Origin: an uncultured Gemmatimonadaceae bacterium
GTDB taxonomy: Bacteria; Gemmatimonadota; Gemmatimonadetes; Gemmatimonadales; Gemmatimonadaceae
NCBI GenBank assembly: GCA_963781585.1
Contig: CAWAGQ010000003.1
Location: 96,001 to 160,000 of the forward strand
Direction: 5' to 3'
DNA length: 64,000 nucleotides
The number at the start of each line of letters is the position of its first letter. The first letter of the stretch is position 1. The position numbers and the translations under genes were made by a program. Below, piece by piece: positions 43,124 to 53,132 of the stretch. Below the pieces are notes generated by a model. That model saw nothing but the letters and a program-made list of their open reading frames with translations. It was not told the DNA's origin and searched no databases.

Positions 43124-43344
43124 GGAGTGAAAGGAGGGAGTCGGAGGGCTCGGCTACACTCCGGAAGGATCAGGCAGGGAAACCCGATTTCTTCGATCCG
43201 GAAAGCTTGTGAAAATAATCACAAGCGAAGCACCCCAGCAAGGATGTCGGTTCGCTTCTTCTATAGAATAGGTGGATTTGGCCAAAGGCCAAAGGGCGGC
43301 AAACGACGCAGCCTGTTCGCGTCAACTTTCGCCTGCGCCGGCCG

Positions 43345-44169
43345 TCACAACGAACGCCCTGCGCCGCCGGCCGCCCGGCTGCGGGTACGCCCACGGACAA
43401 ACCGTTCGACCAGATCGACCGCCCGCAATCGTGCGAGGGAGCCGGGCCGCGTGCCGGCGATGCGCTGCGCCGTCGTACTCAGGTGTGACGACGACGCGTA
43501 TTCGAGCACACGCGCCACGTCGGCCACGTCATAGCCGGGGTTCTTCGCGAGCTCCGCGGCAGCGAAAAGGCGAACCAGATCGATGATGCGTTTGAGATTG
43601 GCGACGCCGTCACCGCTGAAGGTCCGACTGAGGTGCTCGCGGGTGATACCGAGCGCGGCGGCAATGGTGTCGGTACGGATCGCACGACCGCCATAACCGA
43701 TGAGGAAGCGCCAGGTCGCCTGATGCAGCGTGGAGTGGATTTGCAGGGCGGGAGGCGGATCGCGAAGTGCCCGGGCGAACCGCTGCGTGAAGGTCCGCGG
43801 CAGAACGAGGTCGCGCAGGGCGCCGTCGTCGACGGCTTCAGTGACCACCTCGGCCACATCGCACTCCGCTGCCCGCGCGATCGACGGACCGTCGGTGGGC
43901 CGGAACGGCGTGAGTGCGAAAAATGGGGCGCTGGGGAACTCTCGGGCCAGGGTCACCGCCCGCCAGGCATCTTCGCCAGGCGATGCGAGGTCCACAACAC
44001 AGGCATCGACGAGGTCCGTACGAAAAGCGCGTTCCACCTCGCGCGCAGTGCGGACCATCGTGAGCCGGCATCGCCGGCGGGGAAAGGCGCTGCGCGCCAG
44101 GGAGCGGGAGCGCTCGCGCGAGGCGCAAACGACGATGGTCACGGGCGAGATGAAACCGGCGGCGATCAT
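43345..44169 (-). CDS. AraC-family HTH transcriptional regulator with a receiver-like N-terminus
   Basis: [16 protein letters not shown] and [20 protein letters not shown] pair. Confidence 0.75.
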   Translation of the reverse strand: MIAAGFISPVTIVVCASRERSRSLARSAFPRRRCRLTMVRTAREVERAFRTDLVDACVVDLASPGEDAWRAVTLAREFPSAPFFALTPFRPTDGPSIARAAECDVAEVVTEAVDDGALRDLVLPRTFTQRFARALRDPPPALQIHSTLHQATWRFLIGYGGRAIRTDTIAAALGITREHLSRTFSGDGVANLKRIIDLVRLFAAAELAKNPGYDVADVARVLEYASSSHLSTTAQRIAGTRPGSLARLRAVDLVERFVRGRTRSRAAGGAGRSL

Positions 44170-44181
44170 CGGCCGGCCTCT

Positions 44182-44631
44182 TCAGGCAGCGCTGATGCGC
44201 GTCAGCACCTGCACGTGCGCGCGGCGCAGGACATCACGGGCATTTTCGTACGATACCAGCGTCACGGCTTCGTCGAACGGTGCCCAGCGGCAGTCCGTGA
44301 TGCCCTCGTCATGCTGCGGAGAGGTTCGGGCGCTTCCCGTCTCCATCAGAAAGAAGTGGCAAACCTTGTGCACCAGTTCTCCGCGAAACCGGAAGTACCA
44401 ATCCACGGTGTGGACCGCGCCGACCAACTGCAGCTCACCCAGCCCGGTCTCCTCGCGGACCTCACGCATCGCCGCGTCGCGGGGCTGCTCTCCGGTCTCG
44501 ACATGTCCCTTGGGGAAACCCCAGTTGTCGTAGCTGTCCCGGATGAGCAGGTAGAGAGCGTGGTCGTTCTCCCGGCGAACGACGATGCCGCCCGCCGACG
44601 TCTCCATCCGGGCACGAGCCGGAGTTGACAC
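44182..44631 (-). CDS. NUDIX hydrolase (Ap4A hydrolase-like)
   Basis: WGFPKGHVETGEQPRDAAMREVREETG Nudix box. Confidence 0.92.
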   Translation of the reverse strand: MSTPARARMETSAGGIVVRRENDHALYLLIRDSYDNWGFPKGHVETGEQPRDAAMREVREETGLGELQLVGAVHTVDWYFRFRGELVHKVCHFFLMETGSARTSPQHDEGITDCRWAPFDEAVTLVSYENARDVLRRAHVQVLTRISAA

Positions 44632-44633
44632 CG

Positions 44634-45389
44634 TCAGGCTCCCAGCTTCGCGGTCACGTCGATGTCGGCGCGCCCTTCGACAAACTGCCGGACGACCGGG
44701 TCAGTGGATGTCCGGATCGAATCGACGTCACCGACCTCGCGGACCCTGCCCTCGTAGAGCATCGCGATTCGACTCCCCACGCGGTACGCACTGCGCATGT
44801 CGTGGGTGATGACGATGCTGGTGACGCCGAGCTTTTCACGCATGCGGATCATCAGCTCGTCGATGACGGCGCTGGTCACCGGGTCGAGCCCGGTCGTGGG
44901 CTCATCGTACAACAGATACTTGGGCCGAAGGGCAATGGCCCGCGCCAGGCCGACCCGCTTCCGCATGCCGCCCGACAGCTCGGCCGGATACCGTTCCTGC
45001 ACGTTAGGCAGGTCGACCAGTTCGAGGGTCTCGTGTACCCGCTCCTGGATCTCGTCCTCCGAGTGCCGGGCCTGCTTGCGGAGTCCCATGGCGACGTTCT
45101 CGCCGATCGTGAGCGAATCGAAGAGCGCGGCGAACTGGAACACGTAGCCGATGTGGGTGCGCAGCTCGTACAGATCGCGGCGCTTCAGTCTGGGTACTTC
45201 CAGGTCGTCGACGAAGACGGTGCCCCGGTCGGGCGTGAGGAGCCCCACGATATGCTTGATGGCGACCGATTTGCCCGATCCCGAGTATCCGATGATCACC
45301 ATCGTCTCGCCTTCGGCCACGTCGAGGGTGAAGCCGGACAAGACCTTTTTCGCGCCAAAGGACTTGTGGATGTCGACGAGCTGGATCAC
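44634..45389 (-). CDS. ABC transporter ATP-binding protein, MlaF/Mkl-like
   Basis: GYSGSGKS, FQFAALFDSLT, ELSGGMRKRVGLARA, DEPTTGLDP. Confidence 0.9.
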   Translation of the reverse strand: MIQLVDIHKSFGAKKVLSGFTLDVAEGETMVIIGYSGSGKSVAIKHIVGLLTPDRGTVFVDDLEVPRLKRRDLYELRTHIGYVFQFAALFDSLTIGENVAMGLRKQARHSEDEIQERVHETLELVDLPNVQERYPAELSGGMRKRVGLARAIALRPKYLLYDEPTTGLDPVTSAVIDELMIRMREKLGVTSIVITHDMRSAYRVGSRIAMLYEGRVREVGDVDSIRTSTDPVVRQFVEGRADIDVTAKLGA

Positions 45390-45726
45390 GGGATGGCGGG
45401 TCGGGGGTCCGAGCAGGCCGAAGGCCCGGGGCGAGCCCGGATGTGGCCGGGGCGAACGCCTGCAATCAACAGCACGATTGTGACATCCGGAAGGGCTCTA
45501 CTGTGGTGTTCCTGTCTGGACCTGCGCGGGGGCCGATCCGGGGCCAGGCGTTCAACGCGGTGCGCCCGGCGGCTTGATCGCGGAGCCAGGCGACCGGGCG
45601 ACGCTGATCATCAGGTCACCGGGGCCGTTTGCTGGCCCCGGTTGCGCGCGACGACACAGGGGTCCGGCTGTTCACCGGACCCCTGTGACACGACCGACGT
45701 TCGCGAGCGGGTCGACGAAGGGTTCG

Positions 45727-46614
45727 TTAGGCGGCAAAACTGCTCAGCGCCCGGCCAACGTCGCCCTCGCGGAGGCGCTTCAGCGCCCGATCGCGCAACT
45801 GCCGCACGCGCTCGCGGGTGACACCCAGCATCGACCCGATTTCCTCGAGCGTGTGCTCGCGACCGCCCTCGAGTCCGAAATACAGCCGAAGGACTTTCGC
45901 GTCACGCGGAGGCAGCGTGCCGAGGGCGAGCTCGATCTCGTCGGTGAGGAAGCGATTCATCGCTTCCTCCTCGGTGTCGGGCATCTCGTCGGCGACGAAT
46001 CGCTCGATGAGGGAGCGGTCGCCTTCCGGATCCATCGGGGCGTCGAGGCGCACGTCACCGGTGTTGAGAGCCGCCAGCGACTGCACGACGTCCACCGAGA
46101 GTCCGGTGAGGTGCGCCAGCTCCTCGGGGCTGGGCTCTCGACGCAACTTCTGACGCAGAATCTCCGACGCCTTGATGATGCGCGACAGGTCCGCCGTGCG
46201 ATTCAGCGGCACGCGGACGGTGCGTCCCTGACGGGCCAGCGAGGAAAGAATCGCCTGCCGAATCCACCACACCGCGTACGAGATGAACTTCACGCCCTGA
46301 TCCGGATCGAACTTCCGCGCGGCGGTCAACAGTCCCACGTTCCCCTCCCCAATGAGATCAATGAGGGGGAGACCTCGATTCTGGTACTTCTTGGCCACCG
46401 AAATCACGAATCGCAGATTCCGCTTCACGAGCTCCTGAAGCGAATCCTGATCACCGGCACGAATGCGCCTGGCAAGCGCGATCTCCTCCACTGGCTTGAG
46501 GAGGGGATAGGTACTGACCTCGTAGAGGTATTGATCAAGAATGTCGCGCTCCGGTTCGCTGGGCGCGATCCCCGGTGGGGCGGCGCGGCGGCGACGGCGC
46601 TTTACTTCGGGCAT
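45727..46614 (-). CDS. RNA polymerase sigma-70 factor, RpoD/SigA-like without region 1.1
   Basis: NLRFVISVAKKY, DLIGEGNVGL, KFISYAVWWIRQ, TLEEIG...VTRERVRQ. Confidence 0.93.
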   Translation of the reverse strand: MPEVKRRRRRAAPPGIAPSEPERDILDQYLYEVSTYPLLKPVEEIALARRIRAGDQDSLQELVKRNLRFVISVAKKYQNRGLPLIDLIGEGNVGLLTAARKFDPDQGVKFISYAVWWIRQAILSSLARQGRTVRVPLNRTADLSRIIKASEILRQKLRREPSPEELAHLTGLSVDVVQSLAALNTGDVRLDAPMDPEGDRSLIERFVADEMPDTEEEAMNRFLTDEIELALGTLPPRDAKVLRLYFGLEGGREHTLEEIGSMLGVTRERVRQLRDRALKRLREGDVGRALSSFAA

Positions 46615-46794
46615 GTCGGGAAGTCCTCGGCTCCCAATGGGAGTGTTTGAATGGGGCGAGAGCGGCGGAGCTGAGCCACTCATTAAATGGTCAACTCAAT
46701 CGAATCCGCGGCGTTTGGGGTCGGACTGGTTCCGGGAGCCGGAAAAGGTGCTGCAAAAATAGTGCACGCAACGTGTTTCGCCAGTGTGATTTGC

Positions 46795-46823
46795 TTGACT
46801 TCGACAGTACCCCCGGATACTCT
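46795..46823 (+). promoter_or_regulatory. Sigma-70 promoter of the tRNA cluster
   Basis: TTGACT-N17-TACTCT 40 nt upstream of tRNA-Ala. Confidence 0.7.
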
Positions 46824-46862
46824 TTGCGGTTCCTGAAAGGCGGCCTGTCCGGCTGCCAGCCT

Positions 46863-46935
46863 GGGGGCGTAGCTCAGTTGGGAGAGCGCGTGAATGGCAT
46901 TCACGAGGTCAGGGGTTCGATCCCCCTCGCCTCCA
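46863..46935 (+). tRNA. tRNA-Ala (GGC)
   Basis: Cloverleaf, G3:U70 pair, anticodon loop ATGGCAT, GTTCGA T-loop. Confidence 0.97.
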
Positions 46936-46994
46936 TCAGGCCACCCGGCGCCACGAGGCAGCGCAGTTGGAGATGCGAGCGGGGGCCGTCGCAT

Positions 46995-47067
46995 GCGGGA
47001 ATAGCTCAGTTGGTAGAGCACAACCTTGCCAAGGTTGGGGTCGCGGGTTCGAGTCCCGTTTCCCGCT
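46995..47067 (+). tRNA. tRNA-Gly (GCC)
   Basis: GCGGGAA/TTCCCGC acceptor stem, anticodon GCC, U73. Confidence 0.97.
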
Positions 47068-47221
47068 CTGAGTGCCGCCGCTACACTGGAAAAGAGTACC
47101 TGAATGAGTGATATCGAGCGGGCCTCCTGCCATACGTGGTCTAATGGCTGATTGGTTCAGCACGCCGGGACCGTAGTCTGGAGGGCAGCCGACCCGCCGG
47201 TGACGGTGGGAGGGCGACACG

Positions 47222-47295
47222 GGGCGGTTAGCTCAGTTGGTTAGAGCGCCACGTTGACATCGTGGAGGTCACAAGTTCGAGTCTTGTACCGCCCA
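47222..47295 (+). tRNA. tRNA-Val (GAC)
   Basis: GGGCGGT/ACCGCCC acceptor stem, CCACG-TTGACAT-CGTGG arm. Confidence 0.97.
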
Positions 47296-47427
47296 TCTGC
47301 GAGACCCGAGGGCCGGATCGCGTTCGGCGCGACGCTCGGCGATCCTGCACGACACGCAATCCAGGATCCTGAGCAAATGACTGTACGGCAACGACTTGTG
47401 ACATTTCATTGCCGCGCGCCCGATGGC

Positions 47428-47457
47428 TTGACGATGCTGCGAGGGTCCTCTTAGCTT
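47428..47457 (+). promoter_or_regulatory. Putative second sigma-70 promoter for tRNA-Arg/Pro
   Basis: TTGACG-N18-TAGCTT. Confidence 0.5.
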
Positions 47458-47547
47458 GCGCCGGCCGCGGCGGCGGGGAGGGTCAGGGCAAGCAAACCGT
47501 CACTGCGGTCAGGTGGCCTCTGTGCATGTCGCTCAGATGGCCCCGTT

Positions 47548-47621
47548 GCGCCCTTAGCTCAATTGGATAGAGCATCTGACTACGGATCAGAAGGTTGGGA
47601 GTTCGAGTCTCTCAGGGCGCG
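47548..47621 (+). tRNA. tRNA-Arg (ACG)
   Basis: GCGCCCT/AGGGCGC acceptor stem, TCTGA-CTACGGA-TCAGA arm. Confidence 0.97.
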
Positions 47622-47654
47622 TGGAGGCAGCTGATGAAGGTTGGATCCGGGATT

Positions 47655-47728
47655 CGGGGCGTAGCTTAGCCCGGTAGAGCGCCTGCTTCGGGAGCAGGAG
47701 GTCGCTGGTTCAAATCCAGTCGCCCCGA
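47655..47728 (+). tRNA. tRNA-Pro (CGG)
   Basis: CGGGGCG/CGCCCCG acceptor stem, CCTGC-TTCGGGA-GCAGG arm. Confidence 0.97.
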
Positions 47729-47788
47729 CTGACGAGCGCGCGACGCTTTCCGCGCGCAGACGCCCCGCGAGATGCGGGGCGTCTGCTT

Positions 47789-47962
47789 TCACCGCGGCGT
47801 CCTGGCCATCTGTTCCCAGACCGGCCCGGCGGCAGGACGGACCTCGGGGGCTTCGCCTAACGAGCCCAGCGCACCGTTCCGACCTGCTGTGATCCCAAAA
47901 TCGCGCAGGACGCGCTCCATCTGACGGAGCATTGCTTCCGAATCCAGCAGCAGGTCGGTCAT
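47789..47962 (-). CDS. Short hypothetical protein downstream of the flgM-like gene (possibly a remnant)
   Basis: MTDLLLDSEAMLRQMERVLRDF helical N-terminus, then low-complexity sequence; start uncertain. Confidence 0.3.
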   Translation of the reverse strand: MTDLLLDSEAMLRQMERVLRDFGITAGRNGALGSLGEAPEVRPAAGPVWEQMARTPR

Positions 47963-48011
47963 CGGCCTGTGCATCGCGCGCCCGGGGTCCGCGAAGGATG
48001 CGCGGAGCGGG

Positions 48012-48314
48012 TCAGAGATCACCGACATCGAGAATGCGCCACGCCACAACGGCCATCACGGCGTCCGACTCATATAGGCCCGCTGCGAGCCGCTGGCGGA
48101 TCAATCCCAGCCGGTCGGCCGCATCGCGCGCGACGGGACAGAGCGCGCCCGACTCCGCGGTCCGACGCTGCGAACCATCCGCCAGCACGTACGGATCGAT
48201 CTCGCACCGTGTCTCATTCGCGCTCTCGACTTCATTGCAACCGGGGAACCTGTCCCGGCCGGGCACTTCGAGTGGCCGTGAAGAGTGTTCGCGGTCGGCA
48301 GGCGGGAAAGTCAT
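48012..48314 (-). CDS. flgM: FlgM-like anti-sigma-28 factor
   Basis: C-terminal DRLGLIRQRLAAGLYES...VAWRIL resembles the FlgM sigma-28-binding helices; GGAGG RBS; sigma-28 promoter directly upstream; near fliA. Confidence 0.6.
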   Translation of the reverse strand: MTFPPADREHSSRPLEVPGRDRFPGCNEVESANETRCEIDPYVLADGSQRRTAESGALCPVARDAADRLGLIRQRLAAGLYESDAVMAVVAWRILDVGDL

Positions 48315-48335
48315 TGTATTCCTCCTCCACCCTTC

Positions 48336-48362
48336 TTATCGGCACGGCTTTCTCGTGAGTTA
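48336..48362 (-). promoter_or_regulatory. Sigma-28 (FliA) promoter
   Basis: Minus strand TAAC-N15-GCCGATAA versus the consensus TAAA-N15-GCCGATAA. Confidence 0.8.
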
Positions 48363-48580
48363 AGCGCTCGCAGCCGTTGAATGCCGGGCTGCCAGAGGGC
48401 ACTAATTCGTGCGAGGAGCGACTAGCGCAAGTCGTTGCGGCATAGACGAATCCACCGCCGCCGCGGCGGACCATCCCGGTCGGTTGCGAGGAGCGAGCCG
48501 GAGCGTCAAATGGGAAGGAATTGCCGAGCTCAGGCATCCCGCGACGCCGGATTCTCTCTTAAACAGGCGGCACTCACGGC

Positions 48581-50014
48581 ATGGCGAACATTTTGTGCGT
48601 CGACGACGAGTCGTCGATCGGACTGATCCTCGAGGACACCCTTACGCGTGCGGGTCACCACGCGATCGGCGCGCGGAATGTCGCGGAAGCCATGCAGGTT
48701 CTCTCGCGCGAGACGGTAGACCTGATCATCTCGGACTATCGCATGCCGGGACTGACGGGTCTGGAGTTCCTGGCCCTGCTGCAGGGCGAAGGCGTCGACA
48801 TTCCGCTCATCATGGTCACCGGGTACGGCAGCATCGAGCACGCGGTTGCGGCCATCAAGGCCGGGGCGATCGACTACATCACGAAGCCCATCCGCACGCA
48901 GCAACTGGAGTTGGCGGTGGAGCAGGCGTTGGAGTTTGTGCGGCTCAGGCGTGAGAACGACGCGTTGCGTCGTGAAGTGACCGAGTTGCGCAACGAGCGA
49001 CAGATCATCGGCGAGAGCGCCGCCATGCGCGGCATACTCCAGACGATCGCGATGGTGGCGCCAACTCGCGCCACGGTACTGCTGCAGGGCGAAAGCGGGA
49101 CGGGAAAGGAGCTTCTGGCTCGGGCCATCCACGATCTCAGTGACCGGCGAGACCGACCCTTCATCAAGCTCAATTGCGCCGCGCTGCCCGAGGGATTGAT
49201 CGAGAGCGCCCTGTTCGGACATGAGCGCGGGGCCTTTACCGGCGCCGTGAGGCGCGTGGAGGGGGCATTCGAACGCGCGCACGGGGGCACGTTGCTTCTG
49301 GACGAGATCTCGGAGATGAGGCTCGACATGCAATCGAAGCTGCTGCGCGTTCTGCAGGAGCAGGAGTTCGAGCGCGTGGGAGGAACATCTCCGATTCGCG
49401 TGGACGTGCGGATCATCGCAACCACGAATCGCGACCTGGTGGCCGAAGCGGCGGCCGGGAGCTTCCGCCAGGACCTGTACTACCGACTGGCGGTGGTGCC
49501 GATCGTCATCTCGCCTCTGCGGGATCGGCAGGAAGACATTCCCCAGCTCGCGCTGCGGTTTGCGATGCGCGCCGCCGCCGATACCGGGAAGCAGATCTCC
49601 GGGATTTCCCCCGAAGCCCTTGACCTGCTGTTGCGCTACCCCTGGCCAGGAAACGTGCGCGAGTTGCAGCACGCCGTGGAGCGCGCGGTCATCCTGAGCC
49701 ATGAGCCGGTGCTTCTGCCGCGCCACTTCGAGGCACAGCAGGGAGGTTCGGCGAACCCGCTTGCCCAGCAGACGCAGGCAACGGTCTCGCCGCAGGAGGA
49801 TGCCCCCGGTGCGCAGACGTTCGTGGCTCCGCCGGGCAGTGTCGTGCTCCACTCTCTGAATGTCGACGACGCCGAACGCGTCCTGATCAAACGGGCGCTC
49901 GAGGTGACGCACAACAATCGCACTCGTGCCGCAGAGTTGCTGGGTATTTCCGTGCGGACGCTCAGAAACAAGCTCAACGTGCGACACGTGGTGGCCGAGA
50001 CCTCAACGGCGTAA
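48581..50014 (+). CDS. Sigma-54-dependent response regulator (NtrC/FleR/FlrC-like): receiver, AAA+ and Fis HTH
   Basis: VDDE / ISDYRMP receiver, GESGTGKE, GAFTGA, WPGNVREL, NRTRAAELLGISVRTLRNKL. Confidence 0.93.
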   Translation: MANILCVDDESSIGLILEDTLTRAGHHAIGARNVAEAMQVLSRETVDLIISDYRMPGLTGLEFLALLQGEGVDIPLIMVTGYGSIEHAVAAIKAGAIDYITKPIRTQQLELAVEQALEFVRLRRENDALRREVTELRNERQIIGESAAMRGILQTIAMVAPTRATVLLQGESGTGKELLARAIHDLSDRRDRPFIKLNCAALPEGLIESALFGHERGAFTGAVRRVEGAFERAHGGTLLLDEISEMRLDMQSKLLRVLQEQEFERVGGTSPIRVDVRIIATTNRDLVAEAAAGSFRQDLYYRLAVVPIVISPLRDRQEDIPQLALRFAMRAAADTGKQISGISPEALDLLLRYPWPGNVRELQHAVERAVILSHEPVLLPRHFEAQQGGSANPLAQQTQATVSPQEDAPGAQTFVAPPGSVVLHSLNVDDAERVLIKRALEVTHNNRTRAAELLGISVRTLRNKLNVRHVVAETSTA

Positions 50015-50169
50015 GGGAAGAAAGGACCGTCAACGCTCGGAAGAGATTTCCCCGGCGGACGAATTCTGCCGGCATCAACAGGAGATCTGCTGGAGTAGGA
50101 TCGGGGCGATCGAAGAATGTGACGCGATTCGTAAGTGATAGAGGCGAGCTAACTTGAGTGCTTTCCACG

Positions 50170-50202
50170 GAGGGCCGGGCGACAGTCGCCGGGCCCTCTT
50201 TT
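50170..50202 (+). terminator. Intrinsic terminator
   Basis: GAGGGCC-G-GGCGAC...GTCGCC-G-GGCCCTC stem followed by TTTT. Confidence 0.6.
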
Positions 50203-50217
50203 CGTTGGGGAAACCGT

Positions 50218-50233
50218 TGGTGCGAGCGTTGCT
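50218..50233 (+). promoter_or_regulatory. Sigma-54 (-24/-12) promoter for fliA-flgN
   Basis: TGGTGCGAGCGTTGCT with correct GG-N10-GC spacing, ~110 nt upstream of fliA. Confidence 0.65.
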
Positions 50234-50343
50234 TTTGGATGAGGTCGGCGCGCTGGGCGTGTGCCCAGTGCGCGGGCATCGGAGCAGGTCGACCGGTGCG
50301 TGGGCGAACAGTGGCCGGACCTCCTTGCTGGAGCATCACTCGC

Positions 50344-51102
50344 ATGACGATCGATTCTGTCTGGGCCGCCTTTGCACAGGGCGACGATGCCGCACGGGAC
50401 ACGTTGCTGCGTGAGCACCTGAATCTGGTTCACCACGTGGCGCGGCAGCTCGCAAGAACCCTCTCTGCTGCTGTCGAGTGCGACGAGCTCGTGGGCTGTG
50501 GCGTGATTGGCCTGATGAACGCACTCAATGCGTTCCAGCCGTCGCGGGGCGTTGCGTTCAGCACCTTTGCGGTGCCGCGCATTCGGGGCGCGATCCTCGA
50601 CGAGCTGCGTCGCCAGGATATCGTGCCTCGGTCGGTGCGGCGGAGGAAGCGGGAGGTGGCAAGAGCGAGAGAGTCACTGTCTCACAGGCTGCTCCGCCAG
50701 CCCAGCGAGCGGGAAGTCGCCGGAACCCTGTGCATCGACGTCGACACCCTCTGGAGATGGCGCGCGGACCATGAGTCGTTCGTGGAGGTCTCGCTGGATG
50801 AAGGCGTGGGCGACGACGCCAGGGACCGCGGTCTCACGCTCGAGTCGGTCACTCCCGACTCAAGCGAAGCGGTCGACGAGGTCCTCCATCGAGAGGAACA
50901 CCACGCTCTCCTGCGCGAAGCGATTGGTGAGTTGAAGGAACAGGAACGGGTGGTGCTCACGCTCTACTACTTCGAGGAATTGAAACTGCATGAGATTGCC
51001 GAGATTCTGGGGGTGACGGAGTCCCGGGTCTCGCAGGTGCGGACGAAGGCGCTGGCGCGGCTGCGCACCCAGCTCGCCTCGCGGCAGATGGCCGTGGCGT
51101 GA
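50344..51102 (+). CDS. fliA: FliA/WhiG family sigma-28 factor
   Basis: FSTFAVPRIRGAILDELR, LYYFEELKLHEIAEILGVTESRVSQ. Confidence 0.92.
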   Translation: MTIDSVWAAFAQGDDAARDTLLREHLNLVHHVARQLARTLSAAVECDELVGCGVIGLMNALNAFQPSRGVAFSTFAVPRIRGAILDELRRQDIVPRSVRRRKREVARARESLSHRLLRQPSEREVAGTLCIDVDTLWRWRADHESFVEVSLDEGVGDDARDRGLTLESVTPDSSEAVDEVLHREEHHALLREAIGELKEQERVVLTLYYFEELKLHEIAEILGVTESRVSQVRTKALARLRTQLASRQMAVA

Positions 51103-51584
51103 CGCACTCAGGGGCAGGCGCGCAGGGCGCCAGCCGATCGCACCGCACCTGGCCCCGCGGGGCGCGCCTCGGGACGAGCCGCCTCGGCGCAGAAACCCGC
51201 GGGACCTCGCGGGAGGTACTGCTGCTCGGGCTGCTGGACGCGCTCCAAAGTGAGCGCCGCCTGCTCGAGGCGGCAGCCGGTGTGCTGGTGCGGCAGCGCG
51301 GCGCGTTGCTTGCCTCGGCCGCCGACGAGATCCGTGACTGCACATATGCGGCGCAACGGGTGCTGCTTACGTTAGGCGAGGCGCGCAAGTGGCGCCGGGT
51401 AATCGCCGAGCGACTGGGCGCCGCAGACCTGCCGGTGCCGTGCCTGCCGGACCGACTCGCGCTCCCGCCGGACGATGAGGTGACGGTGGCGGTCCGTGAG
51501 GCGGAGGATGCCGCGCGCCGACTGGCGGACGACGTGACCGAGAACCGTCGGACACTTCGACTGGTCGTTGCGTCAGCGGAGTAG
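51099..51584 (+). CDS. flgN: FlgN-like flagellar export chaperone
   Basis: All-helical LLDALQSERRLL...QRGALL...ENRRTLR pattern; overlaps the fliA stop. Confidence 0.5.
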   Translation: MTHSGAGAQGASRSHRTWPRGARLGTSRLGAETRGTSREVLLLGLLDALQSERRLLEAAAGVLVRQRGALLASAADEIRDCTYAAQRVLLTLGEARKWRRVIAERLGAADLPVPCLPDRLALPPDDEVTVAVREAEDAARRLADDVTENRRTLRLVVASAE

Positions 51585-51673
51585 CCGCCCGCGCACACGC
51601 TTGTCTGGCCGCACCGCGGCAGTTAGTCTTTGCCCACGGCGCGCCGGGGCCCCCCCGGGACGAGGACGCCGAT

Positions 51674-51747
51674 GCGCGAGTAGCTCAGCTGGATAGAGCG
51701 TCGGCCTCCGGAGCCGAAGGTCGTGGGTTCGAATCCCGCCTCGCGCG
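51674..51747 (+). tRNA. tRNA-Arg (CCG)
   Basis: GCGCGAG/CTCGCGC acceptor stem, TCGGC-CTCCGGA-GCCGA arm. Confidence 0.97.
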
Positions 51748-51887
51748 CTTCAGGACCGCAACGCCTTTCCCCTCCGCGCGCATTCGCCGCACGGCCGGAC
51801 CGATGTTCCTTCGCGCCTGAGCATCCCGCGCAGCACCCTCCCCTGTCTCCGTACGCGCGCCCCCGTTCCGCCATTCGCAGCGCCACC

Positions 51888-53132
51888 GTGGACATAGCCG
51901 AGCTGAAACAGAAGTCGGTCCCCGAGCTGCTCGAACTCGCCGCCAGCCTCAACATCCCCAATACATCGGGGCTGCGGAAGCAGGACCTCATCTATCGCAT
52001 CGAGCAGCAACTGCTCGATGCGTCTACCGCTTTGCACGGCGAAGGCGTGCTGGAGATTCTGCCGGAGGGTTACGGGTTTCTGCGAAGCCAGGACTGGAAC
52101 TACCTCGCTGGCCCCGACGACATCTACGTATCGCCCTCGCAGATCAAACGCTTCAGCCTGCGCACCGGCGACACCATCCGGGGTGAGGTGCGGCCACCGA
52201 AGCCATGGGAACGCTATCTGGCACTGCTCAAGATCGAGACGATCAATTTCCTGACACCTGACCTGGATGCGCCGCGGCCGATCTTCGACAACCTGCGGCC
52301 GGTCTATCCCGACGCGCGGCTGCACCTCGAGAACGGCGACCTGAACATGCGGATCGTGGATCTGGTGGCGCCAATCGGGAAGGGACAGCGCGGGCTGATC
52401 ACGGCGCCACCGCGCGCCGGAAAGACCATCCTGCTCCAGAAAATGGCCAATTCAATTTCGGAGAATCATCCCGAGGTCACGCTGATCGTGCTGTTGATCG
52501 ACGAGCGCCCGGAAGAAGTCACGGACTTCCGCGAAAACGTTCCGGGGGCGGAAGTCATCAGCTCGACGTTCGACGAACCACCGGAGCGTCACGTGCAGGT
52601 CGCCGAGATGGTGATCGAGAAGTCGAAGCGTCTGGTGGAGGTGGGGAAGGACGTGGTGATCCTGCTGGACTCCATCACCCGACTGGCGCGCGCCCACAAT
52701 GCCGTCCTGCCGCAATCGGGGAGAATCCTGTCCGGTGGCCTCGATGCGCAGGCGATGCAGAAGCCCAAGCGCTTCTTCGGCTCGGCCCGGAAGATCGAGG
52801 GCGGTGGCTCCCTGACGATCGTCGCCACCGCACTCATCGAGACAGGCTCGCGTATGGACGAGGTGATCTTCGAGGAGTTCAAGGGTACGGGGAACATGGA
52901 GCTGGTGCTGAGCCGGGACATCGCGAACCGACGGATCTTCCCGGCGATCGATATCAACAAGTCCGGCACGCGGCACGAGGAACTGCTGCTCGATCAGGAG
53001 GAGCGCAACCGGGTGTATCTTCTCCGTACCTTTCTCGCGGATATGCCATCGGAAGACGCGGTGGTTTTTCTGGTGAAGCAGATGCAGCGCACGAAGACGA
53101 ACCGGGAATTCTTCCAGGCGATGGCGACGTGA
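51888..53132 (+). CDS. rho: Transcription termination factor Rho
   Basis: [46 protein letters not shown] start inferred. Confidence 0.97.
   Translation: MDIAELKQKSVPELLELAASLNIPNTSGLRKQDLIYRIEQQLLDASTALHGEGVLEILPEGYGFLRSQDWNYLAGPDDIYVSPSQIKRFSLRTGDTIRGEVRPPKPWERYLALLKIETINFLTPDLDAPRPIFDNLRPVYPDARLHLENGDLNMRIVDLVAPIGKGQRGLITAPPRAGKTILLQKMANSISENHPEVTLIVLLIDERPEEVTDFRENVPGAEVISSTFDEPPERHVQVAEMVIEKSKRLVEVGKDVVILLDSITRLARAHNAVLPQSGRILSGGLDAQAMQKPKRFFGSARKIEGGGSLTIVATALIETGSRMDEVIFEEFKGTGNMELVLSRDIANRRIFPAIDINKSGTRHEELLLDQEERNRVYLLRTFLADMPSEDAVVFLVKQMQRTKTNREFFQAMAT

Noticed and set aside
47729..51673. tRNA-flanked flagellar module as an integrated genomic island
   Set aside because: No integrase, no duplicated tRNA 3' end (att site) found, and no obvious compositional shift
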